64,000 bases of DNA, taken from positions 19,813 through 83,812 of the forward strand of contig NZ_JARBTK010000005.1 of the NCBI RefSeq assembly GCF_029240215.1, written 5' to 3'. This document shows positions 6,662-15,458 of this stretch, one piece after another; the stretch's first letter is position 1, and each line of letters begins with the position of its first letter. The translations under genes were made by a program, and so were the position numbers. The notes beneath the pieces are model-generated. The model did no database searches and was not told the DNA's origin. It was given only the letters and a program-made list of their open reading frames with translations. The stretch comes from Chryseobacterium sp. (GTDB taxonomy: Bacteria; Bacteroidota; Bacteroidia; Flavobacteriales; Weeksellaceae).

Positions 6662-6672
6662 AAAATAAAGCG

Positions 6673-7044
6673 ATGGAACTTACAAAAAGATTATTATTTC
6701 TGGATGATATAAGATATCCCATTGAGGCTTATCATTATACAAAACAGGATATTTTCCTCAGAAAAGACTGGCATATCGTTCGAAATTACGAGCAGTTTGT
6801 CAACAGGATTTTGGAAAAAGGACTTCCGGAAATGATTTCTTTTGACCACGACCTTGCAGATGAACATTATTTAAAACCAAATTCTCAGGAATTTGTAGAA
6901 AAAACAGGCTACGATTGTGCAAAATGGTTGATAGAATATTGTATAGATAATTACTTAGACTTACCAAAATTCTACTGCCACTCCATGAATCCTGTGGGAA
7001 AGGAAAATATTGAAAGCCTTTTAAAAAATTTCAAAAACTATTAA
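6673..7044 (+). CDS. Cyclic-phosphate-processing receiver-like domain protein
   Basis: LFLDDIR, ISFDHDL, TGYDCAKWL, HSMNPVG motifs. Confidence 0.75.
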   Translation: MELTKRLLFLDDIRYPIEAYHYTKQDIFLRKDWHIVRNYEQFVNRILEKGLPEMISFDHDLADEHYLKPNSQEFVEKTGYDCAKWLIEYCIDNYLDLPKFYCHSMNPVGKENIESLLKNFKNY

Positions 7045-7055
7045 AAACTAAAAAA

Positions 7056-8069
7056 ATGATTTTCAAAACATATAACTCTATAGAAAATGCTTACCAAGCC
7101 CGCGTGATCGATCAGATAAGGTTGCAGGGTTTTGGTGATGAGGTTTTCATTGTACAGGAAAAGGTTCACGGTGCTAATTTCTCTTTCTTTACCGACGGAA
7201 AGGAGATTAAAATCGCAAAAAGAACCGCTTTCATCGAAAAGGATGAAAAATTCTATAATGCCCATCAAATGTTGGAACGTTACAGAAAAAACGTAATTGA
7301 TTTGTTCGAAAGAGTGAAAACTATTCATTCGGATTTGGAAACTGTAGTGATCTACGGTGAATTATTCGGTGGCGGTTACAAACATAAAGAAGTTGAGCCC
7401 GTAAAAGAAGCTATAAAAGTTCAAAAAGGTGTTGAATATGCACCTCACAACGAATTTTATGCATTCGATATTAAGTTAAACGGCACTACTTATTTGGATA
7501 CAGATTTGGTTAATCAAATTTTCGAGGAAACCGGATTTTTCTACGCTAAAATCTTATTTCAAGGGACTTTGGAAGAGGCTTTGAAGTTCCCTAATGTTTT
7601 CGATTCTAAAATTCCGGCTTGGTTGGGATTACCCGAAATCGAAAATAATATGTGTGAAGGAACGATCGTTAAAACTTTGAAAACCAAATATTTTGGAAAC
7701 GGCTCAAGAGTCATTTTGAAAAATAAAAATGAAAAGTGGACTGAGAAATCTAAAATGGTTAGGAAAGACAGACCAATTCAAAAAGAAGTTCGTTTCAGTG
7801 AAAATGCTCAGAATATTTGGGAAGAAATCCAAAAATATGCAACTGTAAACAGGTTGAACAACGTTGTCAGCAAAATTGGTGAATTTGAACTCAAAATGAT
7901 TGGGAAAGTGATTGGTCTTTTTGCACAGGATATTTTGGAGGATTTTGAAAAAGATTTCCCGAAAGTTTTCACAACCATCGAAAAAGACGAAGAGAAAAGA
8001 ATCAATAAAAAGTTGAATTCTTTGGTCATTGACGTTGTGAAAGAAGAGTTGATGACTTTAAAAGTATAG
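7056..8069 (+). CDS. RNA ligase, Rnl2 family
   Basis: Motif I EKVHGANFS, IYGELFGG, FYAFDI, EGTIVK, ILKNKN. Confidence 0.9.
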   Translation: MIFKTYNSIENAYQARVIDQIRLQGFGDEVFIVQEKVHGANFSFFTDGKEIKIAKRTAFIEKDEKFYNAHQMLERYRKNVIDLFERVKTIHSDLETVVIYGELFGGGYKHKEVEPVKEAIKVQKGVEYAPHNEFYAFDIKLNGTTYLDTDLVNQIFEETGFFYAKILFQGTLEEALKFPNVFDSKIPAWLGLPEIENNMCEGTIVKTLKTKYFGNGSRVILKNKNEKWTEKSKMVRKDRPIQKEVRFSENAQNIWEEIQKYATVNRLNNVVSKIGEFELKMIGKVIGLFAQDILEDFEKDFPKVFTTIEKDEEKRINKKLNSLVIDVVKEELMTLKV

Positions 8070-8133
8070 TTTCGGTAATTTATTATCGAAACTTTTTAAT
8101 GTAATTAATTTAAACCATAAATTTTCTATCTCG

Positions 8134-8237
8134 TTTGTCATTCCGTAGGAATCTAAGCAAAGTTTTTAGAATAAAGATTTAACAATTCACGTTTAGATTC
8201 TTTCAGAAATAGAAGATTCGACGGAGTCAATGACAAA
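8134..8237. repeat. REP/MITE-like inverted repeat (TTTGTCATT family), degenerate
   Basis: TTTGTCATTCCGTAGGAATCT...AATGACAAA. Confidence 0.7.
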
Positions 8238-8277
8238 CATTATGTAAAACTTTTTTAATTAAAAAACAAAATCAAAA

Positions 8278-8841
8278 ATGAAACCCAATATATTTTTTAC
8301 AGCCGACCATCATTTTAGTCACGAAAATATTATAAAATTTTCCGAAAGACCTTTTGAGTCTTTGGAACAAATGAATGAAGAGCTTATCAAAAGATGGAAT
8401 GAGAAAATCGGAGAGAATGATATTGTCTACCATTTAGGCGATGTGAGTTTAGGAAAACCTGATGTTACAAAGGATATTTTGGAGAGATTGAATGGTAAAA
8501 TCCATTTAATAAAAGGCAATCATGAATATTCTGCACTGCGGGTTTCGGATAGATTCGAATGGATTAAAGATTATCACGAACTTTCCATTGAAGATGAGGA
8601 AGTAACTCAGGGTAAACAGAAAATGATTCTTTTTCATTACGCAATGCATACCTGGAATGCGTCACATCACGGAGTTTGGCAGCTCTACGGTCATTCTCAC
8701 GGAACTTTATCCGATGATGAAAAGGCTTTAAGCATTGACGTTGGAGTCGATTGTCACAATTTTTATCCGATTTCTTACGAGGAAGTCAAGGAATTAATGA
8801 AGGCTAAAAAGTGGACACCACCTTTTGCTCCAAGAAATTAA
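8278..8841 (+). CDS. Calcineurin-like metallophosphoesterase
   Basis: ADHH, HLGD, GNHE, FHY, GHSHG metal-binding motifs. Confidence 0.9.
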   Translation: MKPNIFFTADHHFSHENIIKFSERPFESLEQMNEELIKRWNEKIGENDIVYHLGDVSLGKPDVTKDILERLNGKIHLIKGNHEYSALRVSDRFEWIKDYHELSIEDEEVTQGKQKMILFHYAMHTWNASHHGVWQLYGHSHGTLSDDEKALSIDVGVDCHNFYPISYEEVKELMKAKKWTPPFAPRN

Positions 8842-8845
8842 AAAT

Positions 8846-8868
8846 GCTCCTTTCGGGGAGCTTTTTTT
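8846..8868 (+). terminator. Intrinsic terminator
   Basis: GCTCCT-TTCG-GGGAGC + 7 T. Confidence 0.75.
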
Positions 8869-8884
8869 GAAATTATTTTTTTAC

Positions 8885-8921
8885 TGCGTAAATAGAATGC
8901 GTACTCGTGGTTTTATCTTTG
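8885..8921 (+). promoter_or_regulatory. Shared regulator box + -7 element (exonuclease genes)
   Basis: TGCGTA-AATAGAA-TGCGTA then TATCTTTG. Confidence 0.65.
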
Positions 8922-9030
8922 CAGTGCTTTAGCAGCAATTCTTCTTTAGGGTATTTCTTCCCGCTTTTTTTCCAATTTAGTAAAACCGAATGCAGATGAA
9001 TAAAAAATATGTAGAATAAAAAAAATTAAA

Positions 9031-9576
9031 ATGAAAACAACAAATCAAATATTAATTATCGACTTAGAAGCCACTTGTTGGGAAAACGACAGAATTCCCG
9101 CTGGTCAAAAAGTCGATATTATAGAGATAGGAATTTGCGAATTAAACAGAACAACAAAAGCAATTTCCAAGAAACAAAGCATTTATGTCATTCCGGAAAG
9201 GTCTAAAATCAATAAATTTTGTACAGATTTGACAGGAATTACTCCAAAATTGATAGAAGAAAAAGGAATTCATTTCGAAGAAGCCTGTGAGAAAATTAGG
9301 AATGAATATGATTCAACTTCGCTTACCTGGGCTGGTTTTGGAAATTTTGATAAAGAGCAAATCATGGAACAATGTGACTATCTCGGTATAGAAAATCCTT
9401 TTTCCGAAAATTATCTGAATGTGATGCATCAATTCAAAAATTATAATGGACTTCATAAAATGATGGGTTTAAAAAGAGCTCTAAAGTTCCTGAACATGGA
9501 TTTTGAAGGAAATCATCACAGCGGGGCAGACGATGCTTACAATGCTGCCAAAATTTTGAGAGAGATTTTGGAGTAA
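9031..9576 (+). CDS. DEDDh 3'-5' exonuclease, copy 1
   Basis: IIDLEATCW, IEIG, HH.GADDA. Confidence 0.9.
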   Translation: MKTTNQILIIDLEATCWENDRIPAGQKVDIIEIGICELNRTTKAISKKQSIYVIPERSKINKFCTDLTGITPKLIEEKGIHFEEACEKIRNEYDSTSLTWAGFGNFDKEQIMEQCDYLGIENPFSENYLNVMHQFKNYNGLHKMMGLKRALKFLNMDFEGNHHSGADDAYNAAKILREILE

Positions 9577-9603
9577 TTTTTTAACAATAAACAATTTAAA
9601 AAA

Positions 9604-10152
9604 GTGAAAACAACAGACAATATATTAATTATAGACCTCGAAGCAACGTGTTGGGATGACCGCCCGCCGAGAGGTCAGGAAAGCGAAATCATAGAAATCG
9701 GCGTTTGTATTATGGATGCAAAAACCGGTAAGATTTCACAAAATGAAGGAATCTTAGTGAAACCTCAATATTCAAAAGTAAGTCCGTTTTGTACGGAACT
9801 GACTTCCATTACTCAGAAAATGCTTGATGAAGATGGCATTTTGCTAGAAGATGCATTAGATATTCTGAGAGCAGAATACGATTCTGAAGACCTGACTTGG
9901 GCGAGTTATGGAAATTATGATTTGAATATGCTTCAAAATCAGGCAAGAAGATTCAATGTCGATTATCCTTTGAGTGATGATCATATTAATGTGAAAACAT
10001 TATTCGGACAAACGCATCCGACCGTCAGAAAAAGTGTCGGAATGGCAAGAGCTTTAGGCGAGTTGAATTTTAAGCTTGAAGGCACTCATCACAGAGGTGT
10101 GGATGATGCAAAGAATATTGCGAAAATTTTGTATTGGTGTTTGCAACAATAG
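9604..10152 (+). CDS. DEDDh 3'-5' exonuclease, copy 2
   Basis: IIDLEATCW, HHRGVDDA; tandem paralog. Confidence 0.9.
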   Translation: MKTTDNILIIDLEATCWDDRPPRGQESEIIEIGVCIMDAKTGKISQNEGILVKPQYSKVSPFCTELTSITQKMLDEDGILLEDALDILRAEYDSEDLTWASYGNYDLNMLQNQARRFNVDYPLSDDHINVKTLFGQTHPTVRKSVGMARALGELNFKLEGTHHRGVDDAKNIAKILYWCLQQ

Positions 10153-10181
10153 TAATGTAAAAATATAGCAATGTAGAAATG

Positions 10182-10206
10182 GCTTCCTTTTATGGGGAGC
10201 TTTTTT
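10182..10206 (+). terminator. Intrinsic terminator
   Basis: GCTTCCT/GGGGAGC stem + T run. Confidence 0.6.
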
Positions 10207-10233
10207 ATTGACATAGGAAAATGGAGCGTTAAG

Positions 10234-10354
10234 AAAATTAATTCTGTGAACGTTAAGAAAATTCTACTGTTTGAGCGCGAGACCAATATTGAATCGAAGA
10301 ACCAATGCCGAATTCGCGCGAGTTTTAGAATTTTTAGAGAACAGAATTAATTTT
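10234..10354. repeat. Nested inverted-repeat element (MITE-like)
   Basis: AAAATTAATTCTGT/ACAGAATTAATTTT, AAAATTCTA/TAGAATTTT, GCGCGA/TCGCGC. Confidence 0.6.
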
Positions 10355-10450
10355 TAGCGTAAGTTTCCAAGTCTTGTCCCGAAGCTTCGGGATTGTTTCA
10401 TTTGTTTTAAGACAAAAGAAAATTATAAAAAAAAACACATTAAAATATTC

Positions 10451-10486
10451 TACGCAAAAACATTGCGCAATAACGTCCTTACTTTG
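10451..10486 (+). promoter_or_regulatory. Shared regulator box + -7 element (ncRNA-slipin operon)
   Basis: TACGCA-AAAACAT-TGCGCA then TTACTTTG. Confidence 0.65.
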
Positions 10487-10621
10487 CATCATCAAAATAA
10501 AACAATACTAAAATTTTGAAAACAGATTTTAGTCAAAATATCAGGCAAGTCTTGTTGAGTGTTTCTGTATAGCACCATTGCAGGAGATTTTGTTGAGAAA
10601 CATTAATTTTTTCTGTTCAAC

Positions 10622-10919
10622 TTGATTTGAAGGTTTCAGGAGTTTGCCAAAAAACTTCTACCATGCGCTATGGGTCGAAGGTTCGAATCCTTCTATTTCC
10701 GTTAGGGAATATAACTCAGTTCGGTTAGAGTAATAGCTTTTTTGGATGCGAGGGTTCGACTCCCTCCCTCACTTCGGATGAGGTAGCTCAGTTGGTTAGA
10801 GCACTACACTTTTAATGTAGGTTGAAATAGACTCAAAATCTATTTTTAGTTAGAGCTTGAATATCTCGTTAAAAATATTCACCATGGAAAATTTGAGTTT
10901 TTTTCAGTTGTTGAATCAA
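10622..10919 (+). ncRNA. Yrl-like RNA with two circularly permuted tRNA modules
   Basis: T arm-closed acceptor-D arm order at 10667-10737 and 10750-10820; outer TTGATT/AATCAA stem; ends approximate. Confidence 0.65.
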
Positions 10920-11268
10920 CATTTTGAAAAAGCTTGTAAGAAAAGATTTTTTCTGGAAATAAAATTTACTTTATGAGTAGTCAATAATTGGACTGAATTT
11001 TCTAAGAAGGACGATTTTCCGCGTGAGCGATGGTAACGAATATCCTTTTTTGTTTGCAAAAAAGATAGAAGTGAACGTAGCGACCCGAGTTGTTGCTTTC
11101 AGCGATGGCAAGGGACACGCCCAGGATCTGATTCATTAGAAAATAAGTTTAAGAATACTATTCTGAAATGAATGGAATTTTGTGAAAAACTTTCCTTCCG
11201 CCATTTTTGGAAGAGAGAATCTCGAATTTTTCTTTTTTAATTAAAATTAATAACACTTAAAATAAAAT

Positions 11269-12369
11269 ATGATGTTTAAAAATGTACAAATTAAAGCGTA
11301 TCAGATTGGTTTAGTTTTCAAAAACCGAAACTTAATTGAGATCTTAAAAGAGGGTAATCATTGGATTTTTGGGAATAAATCTGTGGAAATTCATGAAATG
11401 AAAAACCAGTTTACAACGACTGAAGACCTGAATCTTTTATTGAAAAATGAAGGTTTGAATTCAATGTTGGAAGTTGTTGACGTAAAAGATGGTGAAATCG
11501 TTTTGGTACAGGAAAACGGAATCTTCAAAGAAGTTTTGAATGTTGGCCAGTATGCTTTCTGGAAAGGTGTTTTGAATAGAGAATTTCAAAAAGTTGACTT
11601 AACGAAAGTCGAGATTACAGAGAAAATCTCCAAAACGATCTTAGAAAATATGAAGTTGAAAAATTTCACAAGAAAGTTTGTGGTGACGAATCAATATAAA
11701 GGATTATTGTTAATTGACGGAAAATTAACCAAAGTTCTGGAAGCCGGAACTTACTATTTCTGGAACAACGAAATTTCTCTTGAGGTAAAAGCCATTGATA
11801 CGCGTACGCAACAAATGGAAATTGCAGGTCAGGAACTTTTAACGAAAGATAAAGCGATGCTTCGTATCAATTTCTATGTGCGTTTTCAGGTGGAAAACAT
11901 TGAAAAAGCCTTGATGGAAAATAAAGAATATGATAAGCAATTATATATTTTGATGCAATTGGCTTTACGTGAGTTCGTTGGAGCTTTGACATTGGATGAA
12001 TTGCTGGTGAAAAAAGATTCTGTAGGAAAAGAAATCCTTGAAAATCTTGGCAATAAAGCCGAAGATCTTGGTCTGAAAGCTTCTGACGCGGGAATCCGTG
12101 ACGTGATCCTGACCGGAGAAATGAAAGAAATCATGAATCAGGTTTTGATCGCCGAGAAAAAAGCTCAGGCCAACAGCATCATGCGTCGTGAGGAAACGGC
12201 TTCCACAAGAAGTTTGTTGAACACCGCAAAACTGATGGAAGAAAACGAAGTCTTGTGGAAACTGAAAGAAATGGAATATATGGAGAAAATCGCCGACAAA
12301 ATTGGAGATATCACCGTTTCTGGAAACAGTAATATCCTTTCTCAGCTGAAAGAGATCTTTGCAAAATAA
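11269..12369 (+). CDS. Slipin family SPFH/Band-7 protein
   Basis: GQELLTKDKA.LR.N, ALREFVG.LTLDELL, IRDVIL.GEMK, RREETASTRSLLNTAKLME. Confidence 0.9.
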   Translation: MMFKNVQIKAYQIGLVFKNRNLIEILKEGNHWIFGNKSVEIHEMKNQFTTTEDLNLLLKNEGLNSMLEVVDVKDGEIVLVQENGIFKEVLNVGQYAFWKGVLNREFQKVDLTKVEITEKISKTILENMKLKNFTRKFVVTNQYKGLLLIDGKLTKVLEAGTYYFWNNEISLEVKAIDTRTQQMEIAGQELLTKDKAMLRINFYVRFQVENIEKALMENKEYDKQLYILMQLALREFVGALTLDELLVKKDSVGKEILENLGNKAEDLGLKASDAGIRDVILTGEMKEIMNQVLIAEKKAQANSIMRREETASTRSLLNTAKLMEENEVLWKLKEMEYMEKIADKIGDITVSGNSNILSQLKEIFAK

Positions 12370-12427
12370 AACTAATAATCATTACTATAAAGGTGGGCTT
12401 CTGTAAAAAGAAGCCTGCTTTACAAAC

Positions 12428-12619
12428 AGCCTTGTAGCTTAAAAGGAAAAGCCTACGGCAAAATATTGCTTACCGTAGAGTTTGCGGATATTCCGGTTAG
12501 ACGTGCGCGGACTAATGGGTAGAGTTTACAGAAGCACCGAAAATCTTAGGAGAAGTAGGGAAGCGTATTTACAGCCGCAATGCCAATAGGGAATGTGAGT
12601 TCGAATCTCATCAAGGTTA
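12428..12619 (+). ncRNA. 192-nt tRNA-shaped RNA with a ~100-nt inserted domain
   Basis: Acceptor AGCCTTG/CAAGGTT, D arm GCTT/AAGC, T arm GTGAG-TTCGAAT-CTCAT; no canonical anticodon loop. Confidence 0.7.
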
Positions 12620-12627
12620 CAAAAAAT

Positions 12628-12659
12628 GACAGATCTAAATTTTAGATTTGTCTTTTTTT
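12628..12659. terminator. Terminator between convergent units
   Basis: GACAGATCTAA/TTAGATTTGTC stem, T run after and A run before. Confidence 0.7.
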
Positions 12660-13104
12660 ATTTGTTTTCCAACCATTTTTCATAGGAAATGACTCCCAAC
12701 TCAGGTTTTCCTTCTCCTTCCAAAATAGAAATAAATTCCAGTTGATTTCCATCCGGGTCATTAAAATAAATTGCTAAAGCCGGCATCCACGCAAAAACCA
12801 TTGGCTCATCAATTCCGTCTTTTAAAAAGTTGTAAGGTTTTAAATTTTTATTTTTCAAAAACTCAACGGAATAATTTAAAATATCTTCTTTATCAGCGGA
12901 AAAAGCAAAATGTCTCGTCTGTAAATCTTCTTTTTGCTCCCACAAACCAAGCATTGCTTCTTTATTTTTTCCGATCCATAAAAATGCAATTGGACGGTTT
13001 CCATCATGATGAGCAAATTCTAATCCTAAAACTTTAGTATAAAATTCTATTGCATTTTCCAAATTACTTACCAGTATGTGAGTTTCATATAATCCTTTTA
13101 TCAT
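12658..13104 (-). CDS. VOC/glyoxalase family protein
   Basis: ETHILV...FY..VLG, HFAF, YFNDPDGNQLEF. Confidence 0.85.
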   Translation of the reverse strand: MIKGLYETHILVSNLENAIEFYTKVLGLEFAHHDGNRPIAFLWIGKNKEAMLGLWEQKEDLQTRHFAFSADKEDILNYSVEFLKNKNLKPYNFLKDGIDEPMVFAWMPALAIYFNDPDGNQLEFISILEGEGKPELGVISYEKWLENK

Positions 13105-13223
13105 AGCTTACATTTTAATGTACACAAAGCTAGACAACGGATTTCCAAAAACTCCAAATTAGCAATTCCTTTATGTAAAATGAATGATAGATAGATTTTA
13201 TTCATTATAGACTCTACAGCATC

Positions 13224-13291
13224 TTTGTCATTCCGTAGGAATCTCAATAATACTTTTAATAATGAAACCGAGATTCCTACGGAATGACAAA
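13224..13291. repeat. REP/MITE-like perfect 22-bp inverted repeat
   Basis: TTTGTCATTCCGTAGGAATCTC / GAGATTCCTACGGAATGACAAA. Confidence 0.85.
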
Positions 13292-13372
13292 CTTTATGGT
13301 ATTGTGATGTTTGAAAACTATTCAGCGATTAATTAATCAAAAAAAATAAAACTTTTTCACAAATATTTTAAT

Positions 13373-13408
13373 TACGCAAAAACACTGCGCAATACTATTC
13401 TTACTTTG
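13373..13408 (+). promoter_or_regulatory. Shared regulator box + -7 element (Ro/TROVE gene)
   Basis: TACGCA-AAAACAC-TGCGCA then TTACTTTG. Confidence 0.65.
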
Positions 13409-13470
13409 CATAAGAAATCAGAGAGGAAGTGATAATCCTCCAAAAATGTTTAACAAAAAAAACAGTAACC

Positions 13471-14987
13471 ATGAAATTTAATTTTTTAAGAAAAGAGAAT
13501 AAAGTAGTCATGAACTACGAAGGTGCAAAAGCTTATACAATGAAACCTGCAGAAGAACTATACAGTGCTGTTGTTACAACAGGATTATCAAACGCAACCT
13601 ATGAAAAGGGAAATGACAGATTGGCGAGAATCCAGTCTCTGATTCAGAAAAACGATCCTGAATTCGTTGCAAAATTGGCGGTTTATGCAAGAAAAGATAT
13701 GTATTTGCGTTCAATTCCGTTGGTTTTGACGACCGAATTAGCGAAACAAACTTCAGGTACTGACTTGGTAAGCAGAACCGTTGACGGAGTGATTCAAAGA
13801 GCAGACGAAATCACGGAATTGTTGGCATATTATCAATTAGCCAACGAAAGAACAGAAACAAAAAAGCTGAACAAACTTTCAAAACAAATTCAAAAAGGTT
13901 TGGTAAAATCCTTCAATAAATTTGATGAATACCAATTCGCAAAATACAACAGAAAAGCTGATGTTACGTTGAAAGATGCCTTGTTCTTGGTTCACCCAAA
14001 AGCAAAAGACGAAAATCAACAAGCAATTTTCAACAAAATCGTCAATGATTCGTTGGAAACTTCATATACTTGGGAAGTTGAACTTTCGGTTTTAGGTCAA
14101 ACAAAATTTGCTAATGATGCGGAAAGAAAATCAGCTTTCAAAAACAAATGGGAAGAATTGATTTTCAGTAACAAATTGGGTTATATGGCAACGTTGAGAA
14201 ACTTGCGAAACATCATAGAAGCGAACGTTTCTTCAGACGCGATGTACAAAGTATGCAACTATTTGTCGGATGAAAAAGCAGTGAGAAATTCAAAACAATT
14301 GCCATTCAGATTTTTGGCGGCGTACAGAGAATTGAAAACGATCGATTCACCTTACTTGTCATCAATCTTAGAAGCATTGGAAGATGCGGTGATGGTGAGT
14401 GCGAAAAATATCAAAGGTTTTGGTTTCGATACTTCAGTTGTGATCGCAGCAGACGTTTCCGGTTCGATGCAACAGCCGGTTTCTCCGAAATCTAAAGTTT
14501 TGCTGTACGATATTGGTTTGTTGATGTCGATGATGTTGCAGTCACAGTGCAAAATATGATTTCAGGTATGTTTGGTGACCGTTGGAAGAGAGTTCCGATG
14601 CCTAAAAACGGGATATTGAGAAACGTTGATGCGTTCTACAAAAGAGAAGGTGAAGTTGGTTACTCCACAAATGGTTATTTGGTGATCGAAGATTTGATCA
14701 GAAAAAGAGAAAAAGTGGATAAAGTAATGTTGTTCACCGATACTCAGCTTTGGGATAGCAATGGTGGTAGAAATTCTTTTGAAAATTCTTGGAATCAATA
14801 CAAAAGTTTCAATCCAAATGCAAAATTGTATATTTTTGATTTGGCAGGTTACGGAAAACAACCGTTGGATGTCAGAAAAAATGATGTATATCTTATCGCG
14901 GGTTGGTCCGACAAAATTTTCGATGTACTGAATGCTTTGGAAGACCGAAAATCATCGGTAGCAATAATAAAAAAAGTAGTGCTGTAA
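13471..14987 (+). pseudogene. rsr: Ro60/TROVE-vWA RNA-binding protein with a -1 frameshift at the A run 14551-14554
   Basis: NYEGAKAY, YARKDMYLRS.P, MATLRNLRN, LPFRFLAAY, MIDAS-like DVSGSM; adding one A gives ...QCKNMISGMF and joins both ORFs. Confidence 0.85.
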
Positions 14988-15034
14988 AAGGCACTGCTTT
15001 TAAAAATAAAAACTAATAACCAATTTTTTTAGAA

Positions 15035-15152
15035 GCTATTTCCCGCTTGGAATTTATGCTGAGCGAAGTCGAAGCACAGCACTATATCTTTTTCTCCAAC
15101 GCTTTTTTTCCAACGCCAATTCAGAAAAAGGATGCCGTTTCAATCAGGGCTA
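15035..15152. repeat. Dispersed repeat family 2 (second copy ~39625-39727)
   Basis: GCTATTTCC..C...AATTTAT.CTGAGCGAAGTCGAAG...GGGCT shared; ends approximate. Confidence 0.6.
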
Positions 15153-15177
15153 TAAGGAGACAATGTTTAACTAACAG

Positions 15178-15265
15178 TTTGTCATTCTGAACTAAACGTA
15201 GTGAAGTGAAGAATCTCAACAAATATTTCAAGAGATTGTTTCATCATTTCATTCCTCGCAATGAC
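15178..15265. repeat. TTTGTCATT-family element, degenerate
   Basis: TTTGTCATT...GAATCTC..GAGATT...GCAATGAC. Confidence 0.6.
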
Positions 15266-15274
15266 CTAAAAAAT

Positions 15275-15346
15275 AACCGATGCCGTAAGAAAAGAAATCC
15301 TTCGACTTCCAATTGAAAAATGAGTCTTTTCGCAAATTGCTCGGTT
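15275..15346 (+). ncRNA. Y-RNA-like unit A (minimal)
   Basis: AACCGA[T]GC-CGTA ... GC-TCGGTT; ATCCTTCG box. Confidence 0.6.
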
Positions 15347-15352
15347 TTAAAT

Positions 15353-15437
15353 AACCAATGTCGTTACCATAAGAGTTCCATCGATCAAACTTATAACTTG
15401 AACAACATTCAAAACTCTTATAACCTGTTACTTGGTT
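15353..15437 (+). ncRNA. Y-RNA-like unit B (minimal)
   Basis: AACCAA[T]GT-CGTT ... AC-TTGGTT; TTCCATCG box. Confidence 0.6.
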
Positions 15438-15458
15438 TTCATTTAAAATAATTTTAAC

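Noticed and set aside
12428-12619. tmRNA or group I intron-containing tRNA
   Set aside because: Too short for tmRNA and lacks G3-U70; no P7/S (AUAGUC-type) element, and the flanks do not rebuild a 7-nt anticodon loop
14547-14987. Separate 146-aa gene
   Set aside because: It is the vWA C-terminus of the frameshifted TROVE protein
15296-15320. Gly anticodon loop (CTTCCAA) in unit A
   Set aside because: No proper 5-bp stem around it, and paralog D does not keep it
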